Assembly (NCBI GenBank): GCA_963842085.1
Contig: CAWJET010000001.1
Span: 448,001 to 512,000 of the forward strand
Source of the DNA: an uncultured delta proteobacterium
Lineage (GTDB): Bacteria > Desulfobacterota > Binatia > Binatales > Binataceae
Reading direction: 5' to 3'
Length of the DNA: 64,000 nucleotides
How positions within the stretch are numbered: the first letter of the stretch is position 1; each line of letters begins with the position of its first letter. Of this stretch, positions 1-9,263 are shown in pieces. The notes under the pieces were generated by a model. The model made no database searches and was not told where the DNA came from. It saw only the letters and a list, made by a program, of their open reading frames with translations. Both the position numbers and the translations under genes were made by a program.

Positions 1-1102
1 TGAAGTAGCTGTGCAGCAGGTCGATCACCGGCAGATAGGACGACGCCTTGCCGTGGGAGACCGAGAAGGCCTCGAGCACCATCCAGCCCGCCGCGCCGGT
101 GGCCTTGAATTCGAACATCAGGCGCGACTTGCCGACCCCGGCCTCGGCCATTGCGGCCACGATCTGCCCGCGCCCGGCCTTGGCTTGCTCCGCCGCCGCC
201 TTCATCGCGTCCATCTCGCGCTGCCGGCCCACGAATTTCGACAAACCGCGTCCGGCAGAGCGCTGTAGGCGCGTCCGCAGCGGCCCGAGGCCGGTCACCT
301 CGTAAACGTTCACCGGCTCCGTGATGCCCTTGACCTTGGTTGCACCGAGCGGCTTGAGCGTGAAGTAGCCTTCGGAAAACTTCCGAGTAGCCTCGCTAAC
401 CACGATCGAACCGGTGCGCGCGATACTCTGCAGGCGCGATGCGAGATTGGTGGTATGGCCGATGGGCGTGTATTCAACGTGCCCGCCACCAGTCGAGATC
501 GAGCGCACGACCACTTCGCCCGTGTTCACACCGACCCGAATCTCGATCGGTGCGCGCCCTTCGGCCTGGAGCTTCGAGCCATAGCGGCGCAACTCCTCCT
601 GCATCCTGAGCGCCGCGTACAGCGCGCGCTGCGGATGGTCCTCATGCGCGACCGGCGCGCCGAACAGTGCGAAGATCCCGTCGCCGGTGCTCTGCACGAT
701 GTACCCGTCGTAGCGCCGCACCGCGTCGATCATCAGCTTCAACGCGGGATCGACAATCGCACGCGCCTCTTCGGGATCGAGGTCCTGCTCCAGTTCGGTC
801 GAGCCCTTGATATCCGCGAACAAAGCGGTGACCGTCTTGCGCTCACCGTCGAGCGCGGATGCGTCGACTTGCTCCGCCGCTACACTGACCGACTGCGGAA
901 ATTGATTAGCAGGTTGAGGAACGGTCGATGCGGGCGACAGCGATGCGGCGCACTCGTCGCAGAATTTTGCTCCGGGTGGATTCGATGCTCCGCAGCGGGG
1001 GCATTTTGCGGCGAACGGTGTCGCACACTCGCTGCAGAACTTCGCACCTGCGCGATTGTCCGCCCCGCATTTCGTACAACGAATCTTCCCCGCGCTCGCC
1101 AT
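1..1102 (-). CDS. Double zinc-ribbon + class III adenylate/guanylate cyclase + AAA-ATPase protein, 5' part (runs off the window)
   Basis: Translated by hand (absent from the ORF track): MASAGKIRCTKCGADN..FCSEC..CPRC..FCDEC, cyclase motifs TALFADIKGST, STGDGIFALFG, VGVNTGEVVV, NLASRL, then FVGRQRE and Walker A AEAGVGKSRL. Confidence 0.9.
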   Translation of the reverse strand, partial: MASAGKIRCTKCGADNRAGAKFCSECATPFAAKCPRCGASNPPGAKFCDECAASLSPASTVPQPANQFPQSVSVAAEQVDASALDGERKTVTALFADIKGSTELEQDLDPEEARAIVDPALKLMIDAVRRYDGYIVQSTGDGIFALFGAPVAHEDHPQRALYAALRMQEELRRYGSKLQAEGRAPIEIRVGVNTGEVVVRSISTGGGHVEYTPIGHTTNLASRLQSIARTGSIVVSEATRKFSEGYFTLKPLGATKVKGITEPVNVYEVTGLGPLRTRLQRSAGRGLSKFVGRQREMDAMKAAAEQAKAGRGQIVAAMAEAGVGKSRLMFEFKATGAAGWMVLEAFSVSHGKASSYLPVIDLLHSYF

Positions 1103-1344
1103 CCAGTCACCCAGTTCGCCGAGCAGGGCGGCCCGCTCTCTTATATGCGCAAGTGCGCAAGTTCGCGGAGCAGTTCATAAACGACGGCGGCGAAACTGTG
1201 CACCTCTGCCTCGACAACCTTTAGCGCGGATTCGCGCGAAATCGCTAGCAGGCTGTTGATACAGGTGGTTTAATCTGAACGAGATCGCCCGTACCAGCGC
1301 CGCCGAGCGAGTGCGGACCGCCTGACAAAAAGGAATTTCAATCC

Positions 1345-2142
1345 ATGCCCATGGCCCAACTTGGCGCGATTGACCTCTACTATGAGCGTGCCGGACAAGG
1401 CGCACCGCTGCTCTTTATCTCTGGCACAGGCGGCGACCTTCGCGTCAAGCCTAACGTGTTCGATGGGCCGCTGCCCAAGGCATTCGACCTTCTGGCCTAC
1501 GACCAGCGCGGCCTCGGCCGTTCGGCCAAGCCGGACGTCGTCTATTCGATGGCCGACTACGCCGACGACGCGGCTGCGCTGTTGGACTACGTAGGTTGGG
1601 CAACGGCGAAGGTGATCGGCGTTTCCTTCGGCGGCATGGTGGCCCAAGAGCTGGTCTTAAGGCATCCCGCCAAGGTCGAGCGGCTGGTGCTCGCCTGCAC
1701 CTCGCCGGGCGGCGCGGGCGGCGCCTCACATCCGCTCCACGAAATACAACATCTCAAAGGCGAAGACCGCGCCCGTCACCTGATCCCGATTGTAGACACC
1801 CGCCTCGACGCGGCTTGGGCGGCGGCCAATCCCGACGGCTTCGCCCAGTTCGTGGCCATGCTCACGGCTGATCCTTACGCCGGCGAGCCTGGCCGGGAGA
1901 TGGGTGCGCGACGCCAACTCGAAGCCCGCGCCGGGCATGACACGTGGGACAGGCTGGAGCAGATCCGTTGCCCGTTGTTCATCGCGGCCGGGCGCTACGA
2001 CGGCATCGCGTTGCCGGAGACCCAGCACAAGCTTGCGAGCCGGATCGCCGGCGCGCGCCTGCGCTTCTTCGAGGGCGGCCACGGCTTCTTGCTACAGGAT
2101 CGCACGGCGCTCCCGGCCATGGTCGAGTTCCTGAACGGCTAG
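1345..2142 (+). CDS. Alpha/beta hydrolase fold protein
   Basis: YDQRGLGRS, nucleophile elbow GVSFGG, Asp in GRYD, His in GGHGF. Confidence 0.9.
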   Translation: MPMAQLGAIDLYYERAGQGAPLLFISGTGGDLRVKPNVFDGPLPKAFDLLAYDQRGLGRSAKPDVVYSMADYADDAAALLDYVGWATAKVIGVSFGGMVAQELVLRHPAKVERLVLACTSPGGAGGASHPLHEIQHLKGEDRARHLIPIVDTRLDAAWAAANPDGFAQFVAMLTADPYAGEPGREMGARRQLEARAGHDTWDRLEQIRCPLFIAAGRYDGIALPETQHKLASRIAGARLRFFEGGHGFLLQDRTALPAMVEFLNG

Positions 2143-2394
2143 ACGCACCTCGCATCGCGGTTTTGGCCGGAGCTACGGCCGTAGAGGTGGGCGATCTCGC
2201 TAAGTTGGATCGATTGATTCGCGAATGACGCTTCGCCGAGCGAGACATTCCTGCCCATAGTTACGCGCGCTCCTGACTTGTCCATGAAAGCCCGAAGTGG
2301 ACCCCGATCTATCGGGCGCCAGGCGAAATGCTTTCAAATGGAACGACACCGGCGGGTTGCTGTATTGGGCTGGCCGAAGACGACCTATTGCCTT

Positions 2395-2440
2395 TGGTGG
2401 GCCGTTGGAGACTCGAACTCCAGACCCGCTGATTAAGAGT
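2395..2440 (-). pseudogene. 3' half of tRNA-Lys(CTT), probable att-site duplication
   Basis: Reverse strand reads ACTCTTAATCAGCGGGTCTGGAGTTCGAGTCTCCAACGGCCCACCA (anticodon loop, T-arm, CCA). The D-arm and 5' acceptor strand are absent. Confidence 0.8.
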
Positions 2441-2621
2441 TGGCCCTCGGACCAAACCACCAGTACCCATCCGGACCTATCCCGCATGAAATCAAGAGGA
2501 AAACAATGAGCGCGGCTGCCGTGGGCGTTGGTGGATCGTCCCGGTTCGGCTGAGTTTGGCACCACGTTGGCACCAACTTCCCTACCCCCGGTGAGCTGCT
2601 TCCTTTCCATCGCGGGCAGCT

Positions 2622-2660
2622 GGCAGAAAGGCGCCCGGTGGCCCCACCGGTCTTCAAAAC
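2622..2660 (+). pseudogene. 5'-half fragment resembling tRNA-Sec (TCA)
   Basis: CCGGTGGCCCCACCGGTCTTCAAAAC resembles the selC D-arm and anticodon arm. The sequence diverges right after the anticodon loop. Confidence 0.5.
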
Positions 2661-2904
2661 GTATTCCGTGGGTTACGGCAGGTCATGTGACGTTACCTTG
2701 GATAGAAAATGGGCGGATATTTCGCTTTCGAGGTTGCGCAGGGTTACGCTGTTGCAGCTGAGAGTGGGCACTCAGTGGGCACTCGCCTGCCTTATGGCGG
2801 TAGGGCTCGACTTTTGGGCTCGTCATCGGTTGCTCCTCAAAGCGGCGTGCGATCGACTCGCCGTATAGGCCAGACGGCGTCCATCCGCAAGGTTTTAGCC
2901 CGGC

Positions 2905-3030
2905 TTTGGTCCACGGGGTGATCGGCGGCGTCCTTCCGCACTCCGGATACTTGCGGCGCGCTGAGTCCCTTCGCCTCACGCATGCTGGCATAGACCGTGT
3001 GTCCGGCAGCGGCCAGCGCGCGAGCCCCTT
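2905..3030 (-). pseudogene. SDR oxidoreductase N-terminal fragment
   Basis: ARALAAAGHTVYASMRE...APQV is typical of SDR N-termini; no complete ORF. Confidence 0.55.
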
Positions 3031-3200
3031 CTAGCGCTAGGCGCAAGAGATCCGTAGCCGGCATATCGGGCGTCATCGACCCGGCACACGAGGCCGTCCT
3101 GTGGTAGAACTCGCCAACGACGGTGCGCAGATTCATCACTCTGCGGATGCGAAACGAAAGGGCTTCCTCACCGCACACCGGGCATTCGATGATGTGGCTC

Positions 3201-3857
3201 TCAGGGACGCAGGCCCAGGTAGAGTTGCTGAGTGACCTCGCGCGCGAGTACGAGAGGATCGTCGGAGCTGAAGCCCCGGTTCGCGAGCTGTCGATCGACT
3301 GCCAGGATCGCGAGCCCATGGACAATCGCCCATGCGCCCAGCGCGAGTTCTCGCGGCGATCCGGCGCGAACCTCGCCGGCCTGCTGGCATCGCTTGATTG
3401 CGACGACCAGCACGTCGAAGGCTCTGCCAGCCGCATCTTCCAGCGCATGGGACGCATTCCGATCGGCCACATCCGGATGGAACATCGCGCGGAAGCGGCC
3501 CCGGTTCGTGGTGGCGAACTCGACGTAGGCGACGCCCAGGATCCGCAGCGCCTGGAGCGGAGCAGCGTCGGGCTGCTCGGCGACGCACTTCAAGAGATGC
3601 TCCCGGAGCGCGCCGTATCCCTCCTCCGCGACAGCGCAGTAAAGGTCGGCGACGGTTGCGAAGTGGCGTTTGGGCGCGGCATGGCTCACGCCCGCCCTGC
3701 TCGCCGCCTCGCGCAGTGAGAGCGCCGACGGTCCGCTCTCATCGATTATCTCGAGTGCGGAGTCGAGCAGCGCCTGCCTCAAGCTTCCGTGATGGTAGGG
3801 CTTGCGGGCGCGCGGTGCCTTGCGGCTTGCGATCGGCATCGATTCATTTTCCCCCAT
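3201..3857 (-). CDS. TetR/AcrR family regulator (WHG-type C-terminus)
   Basis: YHHGSLRQALLDSALEII..LSLREAASRAGVSHAAPKRHF HTH; WAIVHGLA. Start could be 3857 or 3839. Confidence 0.9.
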   Translation of the reverse strand: MGENESMPIASRKAPRARKPYHHGSLRQALLDSALEIIDESGPSALSLREAASRAGVSHAAPKRHFATVADLYCAVAEEGYGALREHLLKCVAEQPDAAPLQALRILGVAYVEFATTNRGRFRAMFHPDVADRNASHALEDAAGRAFDVLVVAIKRCQQAGEVRAGSPRELALGAWAIVHGLAILAVDRQLANRGFSSDDPLVLAREVTQQLYLGLRP

Positions 3858-3860
3858 CCC

Positions 3861-3896
3861 GTTGACATCGTCAACATTAATGTTTACAATGTCAAC
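3861..3896. promoter_or_regulatory. Two tandem palindromic operators, likely bound by the TetR
   Basis: GTTGAC-ATC-GTCAAC (3861-3875) and GTTTAC-AAT-GTCAAC (3882-3896) lie between the divergent genes. Confidence 0.75.
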
Positions 3897-3918
3897 ATTC
3901 TTTCCTTGAGCGAGGTGC

Positions 3919-5580
3919 GTGATGCCCGCGAACATGAAAATCGCTGAGCCTTACGATCTTAATCGTTCAACGGGCCCATGGGACGCGATTGTAATCGGCT
4001 CGGGTATAGGAGGGCTCGGCGCCGCGGCGCTGCTCTCCCGATACGGCGGCAAGCGGGTGCTCGTGCTCGAGCGCCATTACACTCCCGGCGGCTTTACCCA
4101 CACCTTCCGCCGGCCGGGTTACGAATGGGATGTGGGCGTGCACTACGTCGGCGAAGCCGGGCCAGGACAAGCGATCCGAGCGGTATTCGACGCGGTGACA
4201 GACGGCAGCCTGGAATGGGCGTCGCTCGGTGCGGTGTACGACCGGATCGTGATCGGCACCGATACCTACGAATTGCACGCGGGCGCGGACAATCTGCGCC
4301 GCGATCTGAAGCGGCAGTTTCAGCCGGAGGCGCCCGCGATCGATAAGTACCTCGCAATGGTCGCCGAAGTGGTAGCTGCGTCAGGCAGATACTTCATGGC
4401 CAAGGCTCTCCCCGCGCCTATCGCCGCGCTCGCGGGGCCGGCGTTGCGCCGGTCCTTCATGCGCTACGCCGAACGGACAACGCGTTCGGTGCTGGAGGAA
4501 CTGACGCGAGACCAGAGGCTGATCGCGGTGCTCACCGGGCAGTGGGGCGATTTCGGACTGCCGCCTGCCCGGAGCAGCTTCGCAATCCACGCCATCGTCG
4601 CCAACCATTACTTGGAGGGCGCGTACTACCCGGTCGGCGGCGCGCGCAGAATCTTCGACGCGATCGCGCCGGTGATCGAGGCGGGCGGCGGCAAGGTCCT
4701 GATCAACGCCGAGGTCTCCGGGATCGCGATCGAGAACGGCCGGGCGGTCGGCGTGACGATGAGCGACAATGCCGTCATCCGCGCGCCGCTTGTGATCAGT
4801 GACGCGGGGGCGATCAACACGTTCGAGCGTCTGCTCCCCGAGGACGTGGCCGAGCGATGCAATTTGGACCGGACCGCGCTCGAACCCTCGATCGCTCACC
4901 TGTGTCTCTACCTCGGCCTGCGCCACACTGCGGATGAACTGGGACTTCCGAAGAGCAACTTGTGGATCTATCCGGACGAGCGCCACGAGCGCACTTTCGC
5001 GAACGCGCTGGAAGATCCGGACGCCGCGATGCCACCGGTGTACATCTCGTTTCCCTCGGCAAAAGACCCCGATTTCGCCCGGCGCCATCCGGGACGCGCG
5101 ACGATCGACGTGATCACGCTTGCGCGATGGGACTCATTCGCGCGATGGAACGCTACGCGATGGAAGAAACGTCCCCAGGAGTACTGCGCGATGAAGGAAA
5201 AGCTGACCGCGAGGCTGCTGGACGTGGTGTACCGCCATCTGCCGCAAATCAAGGGCAGGATCGACGTGTGCGAGCTGTCGACGCCTGTCACGACGCGGCA
5301 TTTCTCCAACTACGCGAACGGCGAAATCTACGGCCTGGCACATACTCCGGCGCGTTTCAGAGATCCTTTACTGCGTCCGCGTACTCCCATCCGCGGCCTG
5401 TTCCTCACCGGGCAGGACGTGACCGTATGTGGAGTGGCCGGCGCCCTGATGGGTGCCGTGCTATGCGCCTCAGCGATACTTCGGCGCAACCTGGTGAGGA
5501 GCATTAGCCTCAGAATCGGGGACCATGAATACGCACCTGCCGGTGCGGAAATCCGCGGGGCGCAACCGGCCGTCCTGTAA
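3919..5580 (+). CDS. FAD-dependent oxidoreductase, phytoene desaturase / retinol saturase-like
   Basis: GSGIGG Rossmann motif, ERHYTPGG, WDVGVHYVG, STPVT..GEIYGL, GLFLTGQD. Confidence 0.88.
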   Translation: MMPANMKIAEPYDLNRSTGPWDAIVIGSGIGGLGAAALLSRYGGKRVLVLERHYTPGGFTHTFRRPGYEWDVGVHYVGEAGPGQAIRAVFDAVTDGSLEWASLGAVYDRIVIGTDTYELHAGADNLRRDLKRQFQPEAPAIDKYLAMVAEVVAASGRYFMAKALPAPIAALAGPALRRSFMRYAERTTRSVLEELTRDQRLIAVLTGQWGDFGLPPARSSFAIHAIVANHYLEGAYYPVGGARRIFDAIAPVIEAGGGKVLINAEVSGIAIENGRAVGVTMSDNAVIRAPLVISDAGAINTFERLLPEDVAERCNLDRTALEPSIAHLCLYLGLRHTADELGLPKSNLWIYPDERHERTFANALEDPDAAMPPVYISFPSAKDPDFARRHPGRATIDVITLARWDSFARWNATRWKKRPQEYCAMKEKLTARLLDVVYRHLPQIKGRIDVCELSTPVTTRHFSNYANGEIYGLAHTPARFRDPLLRPRTPIRGLFLTGQDVTVCGVAGALMGAVLCASAILRRNLVRSISLRIGDHEYAPAGAEIRGAQPAVL

Positions 5581-5845
5581 ACCGAGGAGCATGCCCTTGC
5601 GATTCGATGCGGTTATGGTTTGCCTATAGGTTCGCCCTGTGAGCAAAGACGACGGCGCAGGGGAATCGGTTCGGGAAAAAATGTTCGCTTTTCGGTGCAG
5701 CACGATGTAGAGAAATAGACGGAGCACCAGCAGAGCGGAATGTTCAGATCATGTCGGCCGAGCGACGAACCAACGGCGCTTTCGGAGCCGAGCTGTCTCA
5801 TGCGGCCGAGGGTCAGAACCTCGTGATCAGAAGGAGACAATTGAG

Positions 5846-6193
5846 ATGAGCGACCACAAAACACATGATCAGCACTCCCATCCGCACGGTTCAGGCTGCG
5901 GGCACACCGCCGTCAAACACGAAGGTCACGTCGACTATCTGCATGATGGGCATCTTCACAGTGCTCACCAAGGGCATGTGGATGAACATGCGCTGACGGA
6001 GGGTGGCTCGAATCCGTCCACGTGCACCCCGACTCATGCGTGTGGCGCGCACGACAGCAAGCATTCTCATGGGGCTGGTTGCGGACATGAAGCGATTCCG
6101 CACGGCAGCCACACCGACTATCTCGTCAAAGGCCACCTGCATCATAGGCACCAAGCGCACTGCGATGACCACGGCGCAGTCTCGATGGCTTGA
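5846..6193 (+). CDS. His-rich metal-binding protein with internal tandem repeat
   Basis: Two copies of HGxGCGHxAxxHxxHxDYLxxGHLH; RBS AAGGAG upstream. Confidence 0.8.
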   Translation: MSDHKTHDQHSHPHGSGCGHTAVKHEGHVDYLHDGHLHSAHQGHVDEHALTEGGSNPSTCTPTHACGAHDSKHSHGAGCGHEAIPHGSHTDYLVKGHLHHRHQAHCDDHGAVSMA

Positions 6194-6273
6194 TGAAGAA
6201 ATTATTGAGGGCCGGTTGCTGACCGACCCTCGACGGATTGCAAATGAAAGAGCCGTTCGCGCGGCGGTGCAGG

Positions 6274-6534
6274 ATGAATGATTTAAACCAATGCCCTCTG
6301 TGTGGTCTGCGGACCGCCAGTGAGCGTTCGACCCAGATGCATCTGCGCTCGGATCACAAACGTAAGGAATCAGAGATCGCAGAACTAGTAAGCAGAGCGA
6401 AGGCCGGTTCGCTCGGGTGCGACCCCGCAGCAAAGTTGCTCAGGAAGGTGATCAAGGCGCCTCCTCCAGGCCATTCAACCCAAGACTTAGTCGATGATCC
6501 TTCCATGAATGGGCTACAGACCAGCCAACAATGA
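6274..6534 (+). CDS. Small protein with C2H2-type zinc finger
   Basis: CPLC-x12-H-x4-H; its stop overlaps the next ATG (ATGA). Confidence 0.55.
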   Translation: MNDLNQCPLCGLRTASERSTQMHLRSDHKRKESEIAELVSRAKAGSLGCDPAAKLLRKVIKAPPPGHSTQDLVDDPSMNGLQTSQQ

Positions 6535-7322
6535 TACAAGAAGATAAGTTTTACCGTGCTTACATGGAGTTTTTTGAGATCGCGGAGCGAAAGCGCCGCT
6601 GGAATCTCTTCGACGACGTTCCATGGGACAGGCTTTCGGCCGTTACCAACAGCGAGGAGCGCGCGATTCGAATCGAAACCTACTGCGCCGAGGAGATGTA
6701 TCTCCCTGACTACAGCGCCGCCGGAGTGGAGTTGACGCGGTCGGTGTTCGGACAGGCGTGGTTCCAGGCCGCTTGGAGCTACGAGGAATCGCGACACAGC
6801 CTGGTATTTCGCGAGTATCTGATTCGCGCGGGACTTCGCAGCCAAGCTCAATTCGACAAATTCGAGAATGACCTGTTCGCGCGCTCTTGGAAGGTGCCCT
6901 TCCAAACTCGCCGTCAGATGTGCTGTTACGCCGCACTGCAGGAAGCCGCCACCTATCTGGCTTACAAAGCACAGAAAGACCGCGCCGCGCTCGAAAACGA
7001 CAAAACCCTCGAAGCGATATTCTTTTTCGTGAGCCGCGACGAGGCCGCTCATGCCGGCTTCTATCGTAAGATGGTCGCGCTTGACCTTGCCGAAGACCGG
7101 GGCGGAACTCTCTCCGACCTCTCATATGTGCTCGAGAACTTCAAGATGCCCGGCGAAGGGCTCATCCCCAACTACCTGGAAAACTTGAGAATTGGTGGCG
7201 GCGGAATCAGCGCACGGCTGTTCTTCACCCGCGCCGTCCTGCCTTTGCTCAAGCAGTTGGCCACCAGCCGTAAAGAACTGAAGAGTGCGCCCCCGCCCAG
7301 GGTGTCAGCTGCTACGCTCTGA
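6531..7322 (+). CDS. Acyl-ACP desaturase / ferritin-like diiron protein
   Basis: RRWNLFDDVPWD, E..LPDY, WSYEESRH, LQEAAT, RDEAAH diiron motifs. Confidence 0.85.
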   Translation: MIQEDKFYRAYMEFFEIAERKRRWNLFDDVPWDRLSAVTNSEERAIRIETYCAEEMYLPDYSAAGVELTRSVFGQAWFQAAWSYEESRHSLVFREYLIRAGLRSQAQFDKFENDLFARSWKVPFQTRRQMCCYAALQEAATYLAYKAQKDRAALENDKTLEAIFFFVSRDEAAHAGFYRKMVALDLAEDRGGTLSDLSYVLENFKMPGEGLIPNYLENLRIGGGGISARLFFTRAVLPLLKQLATSRKELKSAPPPRVSAATL

Positions 7323-7333
7323 GGAACCAGACG

Positions 7334-7558
7334 ATGGCTGATCCGACCAAGCTCACGATCGAGGAGCTGAAAATGGGCATACGCAATACCAAGAAAGCTC
7401 TTCGACGCGCCGAGGAATTGTTCAAGGAGGCCAGTTTAAGCGAGAACATCTCGCTTGGCCGCACCAACCTCTTGGAATCAACTGCGAAGCACGTGGAGAA
7501 GCTTGAGAAGGAACTCGCGGTTTTCGAAGTTGAGATCGAAGCAAGGACTAGCCAATGA
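7334..7558 (+). CDS. Small coiled-coil hypothetical protein
   Basis: 74 aa with heptad-like E/K/L pattern, GAGG RBS, directly after the desaturase. Confidence 0.55.
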   Translation: MADPTKLTIEELKMGIRNTKKALRRAEELFKEASLSENISLGRTNLLESTAKHVEKLEKELAVFEVEIEARTSQ

Positions 7559-7744
7559 CACATTCCTCGCCTGGAGGGACGCATCGGATGCGGCCAGACC
7601 TGCGGGCTACTTCGGCGCTGCGCTTCAGCGCTTCGGTTGTGAGGTTGGCTGGCTGTGATCCATTGCAGATGCTTCGGACGATTTCGAGTGCGAGACGCCA
7701 GCTTTCTTCCAGCGTGTTTCGGGCGTCGATGAAATTTCTGAGCC

Positions 7745-7908
7745 CCTCAGGGTTGATGGATTTTTCAGTCGGCCGTGTTAAAGCTGATCGCGTAAGGTCA
7801 CACTTTCTCTTCCTGAAAAGGAGCGCACTGCTATGGCGATCACGCTGAAAAAGATCACGCTTTGGCGCAAAGAGGTCGACAACAAGCCAGGAGCGCTCGC
7901 CGATACGC
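7745..7908 (+). repeat. ~165-bp duplicate of the leader and first ~25 codons of the ACT gene at 38125-38287 (truncated copy)
   Basis: Near-identical CCTCAGGGTTGATGGATTTTTCAGTCGG...ATGGCGATCACGCTGAAAAAGATCACGCTTTGG in both places. Confidence 0.9.
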
Positions 7909-8334
7909 GTTGCGACCGTCGATGCAGCTTTATCGTGCAAGGCGCGCCTCGGGGTAGCCAAGCACAATCCTGCCCTTTTCCCGACAACGCGCGACGAGAA
8001 CGCCGGTTACCTCGGTTCGGACTGACGCCCTTTTGGCCCGTGCGCCTGCCGATGGTCGTCAATACCGCCCATCCCGGCTTCTGGCGTGTTGGAAGTTGCC
8101 GTTTCGGTGAACACGTTTTTCGGCTCGAACGGCTGGCAAACCATCGGACAGAACTTAACCAGCGACGCGGGCACTTGTCAGGTGTGTATCAGCTGCGCCC
8201 CTGCGTCCTGAAAAGGTCGCTCCATCGGTCTGCGTGCCGCGACCTGCCTGAAGGCCGACGTGCCCTGACCGACCTAAATCACTAATGGCGAGAGGTTGAG
8301 TTTCCCCGCCTCTCGCGATCACATCGGGGCCTCG

Positions 8335-8796
8335 CTATTTCTTTCGCACTTCTCGGCGAATCAGCTTGCCGGAATCGTCGTAATACTCGACGATGTCGAC
8401 GTAACCGCGCTCCTGCGGATCGCGCTCTACCAGTGCTAGCGTGCCATTTGGGCGAAAAGTCTTGACCATCTCGGTCTTGCCGTCGAAATCGTCATCGTGA
8501 ATTTCGCGCAAAAGAACCCCGTGAGAGTACTCCTGCACCAGATCGGCCTTGCCGTCAAAATTCCGATCGCTTTCAATGTCCACCAGTTCGTTATCTTTGT
8601 AGGTTTTGACTACGTCCGGCCGGCCGTCGCCGTTGGTGTCGATGGCAATCTTGTAGGTGTCCTTGTCGATCCGGTATACCCATTGGTCAGGGTGCCCGTC
8701 GCGACCACGGTGCGTGACCGTGCGGTCGGGATCCCGGTTGCAGCAGATGAAGCCGAAAGCCAGCGCTGCCAGAAAAATCATTGCGGCTTTCCGCAT
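8335..8796 (-). CDS. Putative exported/lipoprotein with DxxxDG repeats
   Basis: Hydrophobic N-terminus ending FICC; DTNGDGRPD, DRNFDGKAD, DDDFDGKTE. Confidence 0.7.
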   Translation of the reverse strand: MRKAAMIFLAALAFGFICCNRDPDRTVTHRGRDGHPDQWVYRIDKDTYKIAIDTNGDGRPDVVKTYKDNELVDIESDRNFDGKADLVQEYSHGVLLREIHDDDFDGKTEMVKTFRPNGTLALVERDPQERGYVDIVEYYDDSGKLIRREVRKK

Positions 8797-9145
8797 GTCT
8801 CCTTATACCCGGCGCTCAATCTGCTCTCAACTTGGTTGTTTGGTACTGGCGCTGGCCGTGCTCGCACTTCCGTTGGCGGGCATCAGCATCGAGCGCGCGC
8901 CGATCCTCACGCCACTCGCCACGGAGCTCGTGCCGCTTGGCATGAGTCTGCAATCGCCGCCGAGCAGCCACCTTGATCTGCCTTCATTTCTTGCCCCAGC
9001 CCGGCTGGTCATTGGACCTTTGCCATCTGCGGCTCTTGGGCCGAACGCCGACAGCAAGGGCCGGATTCGCAACCTCACAAGCCTCGGCTCCCCTGATTCA
9101 CGCCCGATAGACATTCCCAACGGTCGCTCTCCTCCTTCGAACTAA
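8795..9145 (+). CDS. Putative leader ORF: N-terminal hydrophobic segment, C-terminal RSPP motif
   Basis: MSPYTRR..LVLALAVLALPLAG.., Pro-rich body, ends GRSPPSN; lies just upstream of the TolC gene. Confidence 0.5.
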   Translation: MSPYTRRSICSQLGCLVLALAVLALPLAGISIERAPILTPLATELVPLGMSLQSPPSSHLDLPSFLAPARLVIGPLPSAALGPNADSKGRIRNLTSLGSPDSRPIDIPNGRSPPSN

Positions 9146-9263
9146 CTCGATTAACAAAAGATAGCGCGGCGCCTCGACCCTGCCATAGACGGCAGGGGCG
9201 TCGCGTGTTTGTGCTTCCGGCGGCCGAGCCAAGGATCCAGTGCGATCTTGTCGCCGCGAGTGG

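Noticed and set aside
455-1180. 241-aa plus-strand ORF
   Set aside because: Antisense shadow of the minus-strand adenylate cyclase gene
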